Shown here: positions 63,850-64,000 of the stretch, piece by piece | Layout of the letters: every line of letters starts with the position of its first letter | Position numbering within the stretch: the stretch's first letter is position 1 | Assembly (NCBI RefSeq): GCF_020745735.1 | Contig: NC_083437.1 | Coordinates: 19,778,001 to 19,842,000, forward strand | Origin: Hemiscyllium ocellatum | Taxonomy: Eukaryota | DNA length: 64,000 bases | Direction of reading: 5' to 3' | The notes under the pieces: generated by a model | Databases searched by the model: none | Told to the model about the DNA's origin: nothing | What the model saw: the letters and a program-made list of their open reading frames with translations, nothing else | Translations under genes and position numbers: made by a program

Positions 63850-64000
63850 ATCAGTGACCATTGTCGATTGTCATAAAAATCCATCCCATGCGCTGATGTC
63901 TTTTAGGGGATGGAATCTGCTGTCCTTACCCAGTCTGGCCTACGCATGACTCCAAGCCAAAAGCAACGTTACTGATTCTTAACTGCCCTCTGCAACGGCC
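63850..64000 (+). mobile_element. LINE 3' UTR-type repeat fragment
   Basis: gaccattgtcgattgtc..gtccttacccagtctggccta..gactcca..cttaactgccctctg. Confidence 0.45.

Overview
Vertebrate, repeat-dense non-coding DNA, almost certainly from an elasmobranch (shark): it carries the HE1 tRNA-derived SINE and the CR1/HER1-type LINE with which HE1 shares its 3' tail. It is probably intronic or intergenic. I cannot support any intact protein-coding gene. The ORF track is explained by decayed retroelements, simple repeats and chance. Content: about 14 HE1 SINEs, many CR1/L2-clade LINE fragments, a Tigger/pogo transposase relic, a Gypsy pol relic with PPT and probable 3' LTR, Penelope (PLE) GIY-YIG relics, Tx1 and RTE 3' ends, Deu-type SINE relics, mini- and microsatellites, and one assembly gap. 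The most notable system is a family of about 130-220 bp asymmetric palindromic insertions built from the Penelope 3' end. They are centred on a minimal hammerhead-ribozyme motif and flanked by 10-18 bp target-site duplications. One copy has captured nearby genomic sequence in its loop, and one has an empty-site control next to it. There are also several local inverted or direct duplications (including ~850 bp inverted arms), a SINE-seeded 51-bp tandem array and a candidate 45-nt micro-exon.
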